The position numbers and the translations under genes are program-made. Positions 9,626 to 19,678 of a stretch of DNA of 48,404 bases are shown here, in pieces. This DNA is from Phycisphaerae bacterium (lineage in GTDB: Bacteria > Planctomycetota > Phycisphaerae > SM23-33). Position 1 is the stretch's first letter; every line of letters begins with the position of its first letter. The notes beneath the pieces were generated by a model. It made no database searches and was not told where the DNA came from. It saw only the letters and a program-made list of their open reading frames with translations. The stretch covers positions 1 through 48,404 of the forward strand of contig JAFGEJ010000209.1 in the NCBI GenBank assembly GCA_016931655.1. The letters are read 5' to 3'.

Positions 9626-9720
9626 CCACGGATTTCACGGATGAAAAAACGATTCCACGGATTTTTTTATTGTGAATCACTCCGTGAAATCCGGTTTTGT
9701 ACCATGTGTCATCCGTGGAG
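9626..9720. repeat. Intergenic hairpin-forming element built from CCACGGAT / TCCGTGAAATCC words (infB-downstream copy)
   Basis: CCACGGAT occurs at 9626-9633 and 9655-9662, and ATCCGTGG at 9711-9718. The 12-mer TCCGTGAAATCC is at 9681-9692, with its reverse complement at 9630-9641. Confidence 0.75.
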
Positions 9721-9745
9721 TATTTTCGTTTTTACCAGGGACGAA

Positions 9746-12355
9746 TTACGCCAGGGTTCGCGCCACTTCCACTTTCCGATAAAATTCCAGAACGTCGCCC
9801 TGTTTGACGTCGTCGAATCCGGCGATCTTGATGCCGCACTCCAGGCCGGCTTTGACTTCGCGGGCGTCGTCTTTTTCCCGCTTGAGACTTTCCAGCGTTC
9901 GTTCGTCCTCGAGTACCACGTTGTCTCGGATAATCCGCACCCTGGCGCTTCGCTGGACGAGACCTTCGGAGACGTAGCAACCGGCGATGGTGCCGAGGCG
10001 GGAAATCTTGAACGTTTGTCGCACCTCGGCCCGGCCGAGTGATTCTTCCTGAATTTCCGGCGCGAGTCCTTCTTCCAAGGCCAGGCGCATATCTTCGATC
10101 AGCTCGTAGATCACACGGTAGAGGCGGATTTCGATCTTCTTTTCCTCCGCCAGGCGTCGCGCGACGGGGTCGGCTACCACGTTGAAGCCCAGGATCACCG
10201 CGCCGGAGGCCTCGGCGAGGGTCACGTCGCCCGTACTGATGCCTCCCACGGTGGCCTGGAGAATGTTCAACCGCGTCTCGTCAGAACCGACTTTCTGCAG
10301 CGACCCTCTCAGCGCCTCGATGGAGCCTTGCACGTCGGCCTTGATGATCACGGGCAGTTCCGTGACTTCACCGTCTTCGATTTTGCCCAGCAGTTCTTCC
10401 AGGCTGCGCGGCGTGGAGACGGCGGCCGAGAGGCTTTTGGCGCGATCCTCGCTGCGGCGGGATGTCGCCACTTCGCGGGCTTCTTCGATATCGGAAACGA
10501 CGTAGAACCGGTCGCCGGCTTCGGGCACTTCGTCGAGTCCCGTCACCGCCACCGGCGTGGAGGGTCCAGCCAGGCCGAGCGGCTGGCCCCGATGATCGTG
10601 AATCTGCCGCACGCGTCCGAAGCCCCGGCCGGCCAGCAGAACGTCGCCGGGCCGAAGCGTACCACTGCGCACCAGCAGGGTCGCCACTGCGCCCAGCCCC
10701 GGGTCCATGCGGGCCTCGACCACAAACCCGCTTCCCGGCGCGTCGGTTTCGGCTTGCAGTTCCAGAATCTCCGCTTCCAGGCTCAGCAGTTCCACCAGTT
10801 CCTCGACGCCCTGGCCGGTGGCGGCGGACGTTTCGATCACTTCCGTCTGGCCGCCCCACTGTCGCGGCTGAAGGTCGTGTTCCGCCAGTTGCCCCAGGGC
10901 ACGCTGGATGTTGGCGTTGGGCACGTCCACCTTGTTCAGCGCCACGACAATCGGCACGCCGGCGGCCTTGGCGTGGCTGATGGCTTCGACGGTCTGCGGC
11001 ATCACGCCGTCGTCGGCCGCCACCACGAGCACGACCACGTCGGTCATGTTCGCGCCTCGGGCGCGCATGGCGGTGAAGGCTTCATGCCCGGGCGTATCGA
11101 GGAAGACCACGTGCTGGTCGCCCAGATCGTGACGATACGCGCCGATGGCCTGCGTGATGCCGCCGGCCTCGCCCGAAGCGACCGTCGTCTTGCGAATGCG
11201 GTCCAGCAGGGACGTCTTGCCGTGGTCCACGTGTCCCAGGAACGTCACGACCGGTGCGCGGGAGGTCAGCTCGCCTTTTTCGCGCGTCCCAAGCCGTTCG
11301 AGGAGTTCTTCCTCCGCCGTCTTGGCGCGCCGTACCACCAGTTCGACGCCGTACTCCGACACAACGGTTTCAGCCAGTTCCGTGGGAATGGCCTGGTTGA
11401 CGGTAGCCATCGTGCCCAGGGCCATCAGTTTCTTGATGATCTCCGCGCTCTTCAGACCGGTGGCGGCGGAAAGGGATTTTACCGTGATCGGTTCGGCGAC
11501 TTCCACTTTCCCGCCCTTGGCCGCCGCGACGGCGTGAGGCCCGGCGCTGCTGACGCGCCGCCGGCGCAGGGTATGTCCCGCCCCGGCAATCCGCTCGGAT
11601 CGTTCCAGCAGGTCCTGGTTGCGCCATTCCTTGAGTTTTTCAATGGTCTCGGAGCGTCCGCCCTTGCGTCGCGGGCTGCGGCGAGAGGTTTTCTTTCCCC
11701 GGCCCTTACCCGATTCGCCGTCACTGCGGGGTTTCTGGTCGGCAAACTCTCCGCCTCGGCCGCCTATCGGCGGCCGGCTGGTGGAACTTGGCGCCTGCCT
11801 CGGCTGGGGACGGGGGGCATAGTCGGGCTGCTCCACGCGGACGACGCGCGGCCCCCTCAATTGGGCGGGCTTGGGCACGACCTGCGGACCGGCGGGGACG
11901 ACCGGTTCGGGCGGCTTCGGCTTGCGGGGTTTGGAGGCCTTGGATTTTTTCGCGGGTTTTTCCTTCGCCTCGGCGTGCGGTTTTTCCTCGGTTGGTTCGG
12001 GGGGGGATTTTTCTTCCGGCTGGTCCGGAAGCGGCGCCGCGGGAGATTCCGCCTCTTCGGCGGGCGCCGCCGTCTCGGCGGGCGCTTCGGCGGCGGATTC
12101 CATGGTTTTTTTAGTGCGCCGCCGGGCCTTCTTGGCCTTTTTGCGCGCCTCGTCCAGGTCCACGTGTTCCGCGGTCTCTATAGCGGTGTGCGAACGAGCG
12201 TCTCCGGAGAACCAGTCGCGGATCGTCTCTTCCAGGCCCGCCGAAAGGGCGGCCATGTGGTTTTTCAACTCGATGCCTTCGGCGCAGCATTTGTCCAGGA
12301 CGTCTTTGCTGCGGACGCCCAATTCGCGGGCCAATTCAAATACGCGCGTTGCCAA
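9746..12355 (-). CDS. infB: Translation initiation factor IF-2
   Basis: Contains the IF2 N-domain ([17 protein letters not shown]), a Pro/Lys-rich linker and the GTPase motifs [17 protein letters not shown] and NKVD. The likely TTG start at 12355 (LATRVFEL) follows GGAGG. The track ORF extension to 12574 reads as non-protein-like repeat sequence. Confidence 0.93.
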   Translation of the reverse strand: MATRVFELARELGVRSKDVLDKCCAEGIELKNHMAALSAGLEETIRDWFSGDARSHTAIETAEHVDLDEARKKAKKARRRTKKTMESAAEAPAETAAPAEEAESPAAPLPDQPEEKSPPEPTEEKPHAEAKEKPAKKSKASKPRKPKPPEPVVPAGPQVVPKPAQLRGPRVVRVEQPDYAPRPQPRQAPSSTSRPPIGGRGGEFADQKPRSDGESGKGRGKKTSRRSPRRKGGRSETIEKLKEWRNQDLLERSERIAGAGHTLRRRRVSSAGPHAVAAAKGGKVEVAEPITVKSLSAATGLKSAEIIKKLMALGTMATVNQAIPTELAETVVSEYGVELVVRRAKTAEEELLERLGTREKGELTSRAPVVTFLGHVDHGKTSLLDRIRKTTVASGEAGGITQAIGAYRHDLGDQHVVFLDTPGHEAFTAMRARGANMTDVVVLVVAADDGVMPQTVEAISHAKAAGVPIVVALNKVDVPNANIQRALGQLAEHDLQPRQWGGQTEVIETSAATGQGVEELVELLSLEAEILELQAETDAPGSGFVVEARMDPGLGAVATLLVRSGTLRPGDVLLAGRGFGRVRQIHDHRGQPLGLAGPSTPVAVTGLDEVPEAGDRFYVVSDIEEAREVATSRRSEDRAKSLSAAVSTPRSLEELLGKIEDGEVTELPVIIKADVQGSIEALRGSLQKVGSDETRLNILQATVGGISTGDVTLAEASGAVILGFNVVADPVARRLAEEKKIEIRLYRVIYELIEDMRLALEEGLAPEIQEESLGRAEVRQTFKISRLGTIAGCYVSEGLVQRSARVRIIRDNVVLEDERTLESLKREKDDAREVKAGLECGIKIAGFDDVKQGDVLEFYRKVEVARTLA

Positions 12356-12446
12356 AAGAACCTCCGGTTCCGCGGTGGTGCATGCTTTCAACTCGTATTC
12401 GCACGGCACACAAAACGATGCCGCCAGACCGTTACCAAAAAATACT

Positions 12447-12573
12447 CCACGAACCTGCCGGCAGGTTTCACGGATAAAAGACGGATTACACGAAAACAAA
12501 TTTTGTAAAAAGAAATCGCAAAAAATAATCCGTGAAATCCTTATGAAATCAGTGCAATCCGTGGATGATTCCA
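12447..12573. repeat. Intergenic element with the same CACGGAT / TCCGTGAAATCC words plus a CCTGCCGGCAGG palindrome (infB-upstream copy)
   Basis: TCCGTGAAATCC is at 12529-12540, ATCCGTGG at 12557-12564 and tttcacggat at 12466-12475. The palindrome CCTGCCGGCAGG is at 12454-12465. Confidence 0.75.
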
Positions 12574-12603
12574 CAATAGGTTGTCTTTATGTTCACATAT
12601 ACA

Positions 12604-14037
12604 TTATCCCGCCGGTGGAACGGGTTCATCCACGTTCGGTTCGGCTGGAATATTGTTGTCGAGGCTTGTCGATTCGTCGGGCGTTTCGGCGGAAACGTCG
12701 TCTTTCGCTTCGGCTGGGGCCGGTGCTTCGGCAGAGGCCTCAGAAGAATCTTCTTCCGCGGGAACTTCCGAGGATTCCCCGGCGGCGGGCGCTTCTTCGG
12801 CTTTGGTGGTTTCTTCCTCGCCGCGGGGTTTCTTCTTTTCGCCCCGGCCCTTGCCGGCCTTCTTCGCCTCGGCCTGTTTGGCGGCCTGGGCTTCGGCGAC
12901 GCGCTTGGCCTCTTCGGCGCAGCGGATCACGATCTTCTGGGCCAGTTCCTGCTCGAGGTTCAGTTCGTTCACCAGCGGATCCGGGCCGACTTCCTCCACG
13001 TCCAGCACGCTGACCATACCCATCGCCACCACCTGGTCGACAATGGTCGAATCCACGCCTTCCACGGCCCGAAGCGTCTTTTCGAGAGTGTCCAGGCCGT
13101 TGTTGAACTCTTCCGGCGTGAGGATGTCGATATCCCAGCTGGTCAGCCTGGCGGCCAGGCGAACGTTCTGGCCTCGCTTGCCGATCGCCAGGGACAACTG
13201 ATCGTCGGTGACGACCACGGTCGCCCGCCCCAGCTCAAAGCACAGGGCGATTTCCGCGACCTCGGCGGGTTTCAGCGCGTTGGCGATGAGAATTTTCGAG
13301 GATTCGTTCCAGCGAACGATGTCGATTTTCTCCCCGCCGAGTTCGTCCACGATGTTTTTGATTCGGCTGCCGCGAATGCCCACGCAGGCGCCGACGGCGT
13401 CGACCTTGGAGTCGAGGCTGTTGACGGCGACCTTTGTGCGATAGCCCGCCTCGCGCGACAGGGCCTGGATTTCAATGATCCCTTCGGAAACTTCGGGCAC
13501 TTCCAGTTCGAACAGCGCCCGGATGAAATCCGGGTGCGTTCGGGAGAGGATGATCTTTACCGCGCCGGGCTGCTCGCGCACGTCCAGCACCATCGCGCGG
13601 ATGCGCTCGTCGGGCTGATGGCTGTCGCCGGGGATTTGCTCGCTCTTGGGCAGCAGCGCCTCGACGCGGTCCAGTTCCACCACCAGCGATCCGCCTTCCC
13701 ATCGCGCCACGCGCCCGGTAACGATCTGCCCCTTGCGCTGAAGATATTCGTCGTAGATACTGCCTCGCTCGGCTTCGCGCGTCCGCTGGATAATCACCTG
13801 CTTGGCGGTCTGGGCGGCGATGCGCCCCAGGTCGCGCATGGTAATCTGCTGCCCGTCCACCGTCGCGGTGATCTCGCCGCTGGCGCGGTCGATCTTCACG
13901 ACGATGTCTTCCGTGTGATCGTTGGCCTTGCGAATGGCCGAGAGCATCGCCATCTCCAGATCCTCGAAGATCGTTTCCGGATCGATGTTCTTCTCGCGGG
14001 CAAGGCTGTCCACAATGCGTAGCAGTTCCTGGTTCAT
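12604..14037 (-). CDS. nusA: Transcription termination/antitermination factor NusA
   Basis: Shows the N-terminal domain (LLRIVDSLAREKNID), an S1 domain (GQIVTGRV), KH domains (VGACVGIRGSRIKNIVDELGGEKIDIV; AIGKRGQNVRLAARL) and an acidic C-terminal tail. Confidence 0.95.
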   Translation of the reverse strand: MNQELLRIVDSLAREKNIDPETIFEDLEMAMLSAIRKANDHTEDIVVKIDRASGEITATVDGQQITMRDLGRIAAQTAKQVIIQRTREAERGSIYDEYLQRKGQIVTGRVARWEGGSLVVELDRVEALLPKSEQIPGDSHQPDERIRAMVLDVREQPGAVKIILSRTHPDFIRALFELEVPEVSEGIIEIQALSREAGYRTKVAVNSLDSKVDAVGACVGIRGSRIKNIVDELGGEKIDIVRWNESSKILIANALKPAEVAEIALCFELGRATVVVTDDQLSLAIGKRGQNVRLAARLTSWDIDILTPEEFNNGLDTLEKTLRAVEGVDSTIVDQVVAMGMVSVLDVEEVGPDPLVNELNLEQELAQKIVIRCAEEAKRVAEAQAAKQAEAKKAGKGRGEKKKPRGEEETTKAEEAPAAGESSEVPAEEDSSEASAEAPAPAEAKDDVSAETPDESTSLDNNIPAEPNVDEPVPPAG

Positions 14038-14095
14038 GGTTCGTTCCTATGTTTTCCCGATCCCGCACAGGCCGGGGTCTGAATGTCACGACAAT

Positions 14096-14122
14096 AAAAA
14101 AAGTGGGTCGTTTCGCCCACTT
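14096..14122 (-). terminator. Intrinsic terminator-like hairpin plus T7 tract in the nusA leader
   Basis: The minus-strand RNA reads AGUGGGCG-AAA-CGACCCACU followed by UUUUUUU, about 60 nt upstream of the nusA ATG. Confidence 0.55.
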
Positions 14123-14568
14123 CCGTTGGCCGACGTTTCTTCATCACGAAAAAACGTCCGCCGAGGTCGTCTTGTTCCGGGCCGGTATCGGCCCGCCGCG
14201 CCTTAGCGCACGCAAACCGTCCTGCCCAAAACACGCCCGGGGAATGCGGCAAACCACCGAATCCCGCCGAGGGGCGAATCCAACATGGACCCCCACCGAA
14301 TCACCGGCCTGGGTCCTCACGAAGGCGTCCGGTCACTGTTGTGACTCCATGCCCGAATTCCTTTGTGTTATGGTCCGATTCCACATCTGTCATAACCGCC
14401 ATACTTCAGGCGAAGTTATAAACTCGGACGACCAAAGCGCCTCTACGCTTCGCTCGCCCGGTACGGCGTTGAAACTATCGTAGTTGAAGGATTTTACGAA
14501 ACCCCACCCAGCCGGTCAACAAGAAAAGACAAAAGGTGCGGAATTCCAAATCTCCCTCCGTCGGGGCC

Positions 14569-15606
14569 TTAGGGCCGGTCCGAACGACGGCAAAACGCGC
14601 GGAGAATGGCTCGATAGCGCAAAGGGACAGGCGAATCGAGATCGGCCTGGGCGGCGCGGGCCCGGGCGGCCCGCCAGGCGAGCATCTCAGGGGTTTCCCC
14701 CGCCGAAATGGGTGGAGCAACGCGGGACGGTGTTGTTTCCGCCGGCGGGGAGGCGTGATCGGCATAGCGGGGATGTCCCACAGCCGTCACGGCGCCGGTG
14801 GTACGTTCCTTTTCCCGCGGCAACGAGAAGGCCGTTTCGGTATCCGTTTCGGTAAAACGCCCCTCGCCGGAAGAAACGGGGGGCAAATCCCCAGCCTCTT
14901 CGGGCAGCATTTCACGAACGTCCAGGCCCGCCCGGCGAAGTTGTTCCAGAAGACGGTGAAGTTCCTTTTCATCCCGCGCTTCGATAACGCCCGTCAGTTC
15001 CGTCAGGACGCCCCGCGTTTCAGGATCGGCCTTCTCGGCGGCGCGGAGAAGTTTTTGGATCATCGCGTCGCGTTGTATCGCGTCGGCGGCGAGGAGTTTT
15101 GCCGCCAGCCGGTCGTCGGGACCGGGCAAAAGGAGCAGCGCCCCGCAGAACAGGATCACCAGCGCCAGGGCCGCCGGCGTGCGACGGGAGCACCGCCACA
15201 CGTCAAGCCGTCGCGGCAGGGAGCGGCCGGCCGTCGCCGCCTGGGCATAAACAAACTTCGCTTCGCCCGAAGCGTCCCCCGCGGTCAGCAGTTCGCGGGC
15301 CGTGCTCAAACGCTCCTTCAGATCATAGCGCCGATCCAACAGGACGGCTGCCTGAAGTTCGCTCGCGCCGCGCAGCCACGCGACGGCTGCGCCGAGAATC
15401 GCGCCCGCCGGCAAGAGCACCACGGGAATCATCCACGCAGACACCTCGCTCAACACCAATCCCCCCTGCCATTCCCATACGCGAAGAATCATCACAACAG
15501 CAGCGACGATCCCGCCGAGGATCGCTCCCCACACAGCCATCTCCAGCATCCGCGCAAAAAGCAGCGTCCGCCGAAACCGCTTCAACATGACCTGCAATTC
15601 CATCAT
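14569..15606 (-). CDS. Hypothetical membrane protein (two N-terminal TM helices, charged coiled region)
   Basis: The start at MMELQV lies 2 nt after the stop of the upstream cyclase gene (TAG TG ATG ATG). Hydrophobic helices include AVWGAILGGIVAAVVMIL and MIPVVLLPAGAILGAAVAWL. I recognised no family. Confidence 0.5.
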   Translation of the reverse strand: MMELQVMLKRFRRTLLFARMLEMAVWGAILGGIVAAVVMILRVWEWQGGLVLSEVSAWMIPVVLLPAGAILGAAVAWLRGASELQAAVLLDRRYDLKERLSTARELLTAGDASGEAKFVYAQAATAGRSLPRRLDVWRCSRRTPAALALVILFCGALLLLPGPDDRLAAKLLAADAIQRDAMIQKLLRAAEKADPETRGVLTELTGVIEARDEKELHRLLEQLRRAGLDVREMLPEEAGDLPPVSSGEGRFTETDTETAFSLPREKERTTGAVTAVGHPRYADHASPPAETTPSRVAPPISAGETPEMLAWRAARARAAQADLDSPVPLRYRAILRAFCRRSDRP

Positions 15607-15608
15607 CA

Positions 15609-18428
15609 CTACGCCCAAGGCCAGAGGATGGTGTCCACGCCTTTTCCGCTGCGGGTTTGGTAGCCGGGCGCGTTCCGGAGGGCGGAATCCGCGAGGCAGG
15701 CGTCGCACAATTCCAGGTACACGCCCGCCGGGCCGTCGTCGGGCAGGAATTCCCGCACGCGGCGGAACGCCTCCGCCGCCTCGGGAAAGGCCTGCTTCTG
15801 AAAGTGCGCTATTCCTTCGGCGAAGGTTTCGACGGCCTGGCGATATTCGTCCGTGGCTTCCTCGTCGCGCCCCAGCAGGTTCCAGACGTCGGCCGGCTCG
15901 CGCTGCCCGGTCACGAGCACGCGTCCCAGCGGCCGGGCCAGCAGGCCGTCCCGCCCGCCCTGCCGCAGGGTCGCTTCCGTCACCAGAATGCTCGTGCCGA
16001 AGTATTTATTCGCCGCCTCCAGCCGGGCGGCCAGGTTCACACAATCGCCGATGGCGGTGTAATCCATACGCTGACTCGACCCGCAGTTGCCCACCATCGC
16101 CTCGCCGGTCGTCACGCCGATGCGCACGGAAAGCTGCACCCGCCCGCCCATTTCGCGTGAAAGTTCCTCATTGAATCGGCGAACGTCGTTCTGGCAATCG
16201 ACGGCTGCGTGCAAAGCCCGCCAGGCGTGGTCGTCCTGAAACACCGGCGCGCCGAAGAACGCAAAAATACCGTCGCCGAGGAATTTGTTCAGATACCCCC
16301 CCCGCCGGTTCTGCACCGTCTCGGTAATATGATCGAAATAGCGGTTCAGCAGGCGCACCGTGCCCTCCGGGCCAAGGCGCTCGGCCAGCGGCGTGAAACC
16401 CGCCACGTCGGAAAACAGGCACGTCAGCGCCCGCTGCTGCCCGCCGAGTTGCAAAATCGAGGGGTCCTCTTCGATCCGCGCCACGAGCGTCTCGGACAGC
16501 GCGTGGGCGAACAGGCCTCGAATCCGCCGCTTGGCCCGTTCCTCGGTGAGTTGGCGATACACCGCCACGAGCAGAAAGCTCGCCGCCATCGCCGCGACGG
16601 GCCCGACCAGCACCAGCCAGATATCCAGCACCGCGAAGACCCAAAAGACATTCAGGACGATACAGACGGCTGCGATCAGCACCGCCAGCAATCCGGCCTG
16701 CAGCGCCGGCCGCCACGCCGCCAGGGCGGAAATCAGCAGCCCGCAAACGACCATCGCCCCCCAGTTCGCCCACGCCGGCGCGGTGCGCAGAAAATCGCCC
16801 TCCAGGATCGTGTTCAGAATGTTCGAGTGCACCACCACGCCGGGCGTCCGAGGCCCCAACGGCGTGGGCACGAAGTCAGCCGCCCCCGTGGAAGTCGATC
16901 CGATCAGGCAGATGTTCTCGGCGACCACGCCGCCAAGGCGGACCTTGTCTTTCCGAACCCGCGAGGCGATGCCGCGATTGGCGGCCTGGATCTCGTCGAG
17001 CAGGTTCCGCATCGCGATAAGTTTGTCGTACAGGACGGCCCCGGCCGGATCGGAAGGACGCTGGGCGAGGTAGAATTCATCCATCTCCCGGCGGAAGGCG
17101 GCGAAGGCCTTGTCGATTCGCTTTTCGATTTTTGCTTCCGCGCGGAGAAGGTCCGCGGGTTCCGGCGGTACGTCGGCTGGGTTGTAGAGCATCGCGGCGT
17201 AGCGGTCGCGCTGGGCGGCCTGCCGCTGGAAAAACAGTTCGTCGGCCTTTTGGAAAAGTTCCAGCAGATCGTCCTGGTTCAGTGCCTCGGCCAATTGAAT
17301 TTGAATCGCGCGGGCGCGGCGGCGGTTGGTGAGAATGTTCTGCTCGTCGCGCCAGATACCGCCCACGCCGGCAGCCGAGACGTGCTTCATCCCCGTCGGT
17401 GCGGCGTCGGCGCCGCGGCGGACCGCCCAGCGAATCAGCAGCCGTCCCTCGCGGCTGACGGGAATGTCCCGCCGCAGCCCGTCGGGACAAAGAAGGGTTA
17501 CCGTGTTATTCTCCGCCTGCACGTCGCACTCCCCGCCGTGCCCCCGCGCCAGGGCCTCGATCGCCGCCGCGAGGGCAAACTGCGGGTAGATTCCTCCCTC
17601 CGCCCGGCAGAGCAGTGGAATGTGTCGCACCGCGCCGTCGGAGTCTGGCTGAAAGGTAACGAATCCCGATCCGTCGGCCACCTTCGCCAATGGCGCCAGC
17701 GGCGGCACGATTCGTCCCTCGCGGAGGGGAAAATGTTTCACCGCGTCGTCCGACAGTGCAAACCGCCGCAGGGCCAGCAGCCCCCGCCGGTGAAGATACG
17801 CCTCCGGGAGGAGTTCCTCCCAGCCGACGGATAGTTCACCCGCACTTGCCAGCTCCGAGCGAACGCGCGACAAACTTGCCTCCGGTTCGGCTGTCAGCCG
17901 CTTCGCCACAGCCAGCCGAACCGCCCGCCGGACCGACGGGGCCTGGCCGGCGCCGAAGTCCACATGAAACGGCAGGAACACGTCGTCCGCCCGACGAACG
18001 GCCCGCGTGAGGATCATGTCATCGTAGACGCGCAACGGCGGCGCTTCCTGAAGAATCTCCGAGGCGTCGGTGTCGTACACGTCGCCCAGGGGGCTGAGGA
18101 AACGGGGCTTTTGCGGCTCAGGCAGGATAATGTCCAGCACGACCATCTTCGCGCCGCATTCGTCGAGCAGGTCGATTACGCCGGCGAGTTGTTCGCGGGG
18201 CCAGGGCCAACGGCCCAGTTCCGTCAGGCTGCGGTCGTCGAGGTCCACGTGGACGATGTTTCTCGGCGCCGTGGACGCCCCGGCGTGTCGCAGCCGCCAG
18301 TCGAGGGTTTGCAGTTCCGCCCGGTCGTCCAGTCCCAGGCCGTGGGCCAGCAGAATCAGCGCCGTTCCCAGTACGCCCAGCAGAAACGACGAAATCGGCC
18401 TGGATGTCTTTTTCACGCCGCCGCCCAT
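15609..18428 (-). CDS. CHASE2 sensor domain-containing class III adenylate/guanylate cyclase
   Basis: Has an N-terminal TM, a large extracytoplasmic domain and three TM helices. The cyclase core follows (FSDVAGFTPLAE...YLNKFLGDGIFAFFGAP...RIGVTTGEAMVGNCGS...DYTAIGDCVNLAARLE). The start was chosen at MGGGVKK; the track ORF extends to 18548. Confidence 0.88.
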   Translation of the reverse strand: MGGGVKKTSRPISSFLLGVLGTALILLAHGLGLDDRAELQTLDWRLRHAGASTAPRNIVHVDLDDRSLTELGRWPWPREQLAGVIDLLDECGAKMVVLDIILPEPQKPRFLSPLGDVYDTDASEILQEAPPLRVYDDMILTRAVRRADDVFLPFHVDFGAGQAPSVRRAVRLAVAKRLTAEPEASLSRVRSELASAGELSVGWEELLPEAYLHRRGLLALRRFALSDDAVKHFPLREGRIVPPLAPLAKVADGSGFVTFQPDSDGAVRHIPLLCRAEGGIYPQFALAAAIEALARGHGGECDVQAENNTVTLLCPDGLRRDIPVSREGRLLIRWAVRRGADAAPTGMKHVSAAGVGGIWRDEQNILTNRRRARAIQIQLAEALNQDDLLELFQKADELFFQRQAAQRDRYAAMLYNPADVPPEPADLLRAEAKIEKRIDKAFAAFRREMDEFYLAQRPSDPAGAVLYDKLIAMRNLLDEIQAANRGIASRVRKDKVRLGGVVAENICLIGSTSTGAADFVPTPLGPRTPGVVVHSNILNTILEGDFLRTAPAWANWGAMVVCGLLISALAAWRPALQAGLLAVLIAAVCIVLNVFWVFAVLDIWLVLVGPVAAMAASFLLVAVYRQLTEERAKRRIRGLFAHALSETLVARIEEDPSILQLGGQQRALTCLFSDVAGFTPLAERLGPEGTVRLLNRYFDHITETVQNRRGGYLNKFLGDGIFAFFGAPVFQDDHAWRALHAAVDCQNDVRRFNEELSREMGGRVQLSVRIGVTTGEAMVGNCGSSQRMDYTAIGDCVNLAARLEAANKYFGTSILVTEATLRQGGRDGLLARPLGRVLVTGQREPADVWNLLGRDEEATDEYRQAVETFAEGIAHFQKQAFPEAAEAFRRVREFLPDDGPAGVYLELCDACLADSALRNAPGYQTRSGKGVDTILWPWA

Positions 18429-18626
18429 GACGCCCAAGTGTACCGGCCAGGGCCGAAACAAGCAATTGTGCGCAAGAGAATACGAATCATCGATCTTCCA
18501 CCACCGGCCCTTGCATTCCCCCGCCGGGCCGCGGAAACCCCGGCCCAAGCGCGGGCGTCAACACCGAAAAGCCCTCCGCCTGGCAGCCGGGCGGGGTTAT
18601 TGGGGACAGCAATGATTCGTTTGTTT

Positions 18627-19649
18627 TTACCCCACGAACTCGTTGCCGACCTTGCGGGCGCGGGTGGGCTTGTCCAGGTCGATCCCCAGCGACAGGCCGA
18701 TCTCGACCAGCAGGTTCCAACCGGCTGCCAGGAACAGGAACGGATTCATCATGCAAACGTCGGGAACCTGGATCGTCGGAAAGCCTTCGACGGCCCGCGT
18801 GGCGATGCAGACGACCTTCATGCCCACGCCCTTGACGAGTACGTCGTGGAATTTCTGCATCTCCTCGGCGATCGGCTCGACGACGAACACGATATCCCCG
18901 GGGTCCATGACCTCTTCAATGCCGTGCACGGCGTAGGTGCCTTCGAGGAAGTCGCTCTTTTTGCGCGTGATTTCATTGGTCTTGAGCGTAAGCTCCTCCG
19001 CGACGCCGTCGTTGTATCCCGCGAAGTGAATGGTCCCCGCGTTGCAGGCCGCCTGCACGACGTCCGCGGGAATGTCCATCGTCAGGGCTTTGTCCAAAGC
19101 GGCGGCGAACGGCTCCATTGCTTTTTGGGGGATTTCCACGCCCGCCAAATGCGCCGCCGTGGACTGGTACACCATCGCCTGTTCCAGAACGCTCTTGGTC
19201 GCGGCTACGGCGTTTTCCCAGCCGCAGGTTAAAACGAGCGTTTCGTTGGTGTAATCCTTCAGCAGATTGTCTTCCTTCGCCGTCAGGCCGAAGAGATTTT
19301 CGTGCCCCTTCTCCTTTAATTGCTGAAGGAGTTTGACGACTTCCTTGGTCCGACCGGAATTGGACGCGGCGCAAACGACGAATTTGGACAGGTCGTAGGT
19401 AGCCGCCTGGCGGGAACCTTCGGTGACGACCTGGACGTCCAGGCCGGCCGTCAGGATTTTGCGGATCAGATTCTTGGCTGGGAAGATGCGGCTGGAGCCT
19501 TCGCCCGTCAACAGGACGCGCCCAATCCTGCCGAACGCCTCCGCGAGGCCCTTCGTCCGGCTGGGATCGAACCCCTTCGCCACGCCCACCGACTCCAGCA
19601 TCTCCCGACACAACGCATACTTCGTGTATTTTTCTTCCGTGCGATTCAT
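18627..19649 (-). CDS. SIS (sugar isomerase) double-domain protein, GlmS-C-terminal/AgaS-like
   Basis: Contains LTGEGSSRIFPAKN and CAASNSGRTKEVV motifs. The 340-aa length is typical of two tandem SIS domains. Confidence 0.72.
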   Translation of the reverse strand: MNRTEEKYTKYALCREMLESVGVAKGFDPSRTKGLAEAFGRIGRVLLTGEGSSRIFPAKNLIRKILTAGLDVQVVTEGSRQAATYDLSKFVVCAASNSGRTKEVVKLLQQLKEKGHENLFGLTAKEDNLLKDYTNETLVLTCGWENAVAATKSVLEQAMVYQSTAAHLAGVEIPQKAMEPFAAALDKALTMDIPADVVQAACNAGTIHFAGYNDGVAEELTLKTNEITRKKSDFLEGTYAVHGIEEVMDPGDIVFVVEPIAEEMQKFHDVLVKGVGMKVVCIATRAVEGFPTIQVPDVCMMNPFLFLAAGWNLLVEIGLSLGIDLDKPTRARKVGNEFVG

Positions 19650-19678
19650 GGCATTTCCTTTCGTATTGGATTTTCCCT

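Noticed and set aside
12356-12574. 73-codon N-terminal extension of infB in the ORF track
   Set aside because: The extension translates repeat-word DNA (FIRISRIIFCDFF...). A TTG preceded by GGAGG gives the canonical (M)[13 protein letters not shown]-2 N-terminus.
10328-14022. Long plus-strand ORFs (726 aa at 10328..12508; 477 aa at 12589..14022) antisense to infB and nusA
   Set aside because: The opposite strand encodes unmistakable IF-2 and NusA. These frames are low-complexity Arg/Gly/Phe-rich shadows.
14049-14483. 144-aa plus-strand ORF in the nusA leader region
   Set aside because: No ribosome-binding site or recognisable motif is present, the composition is not protein-like, and it contains the terminator hairpin.
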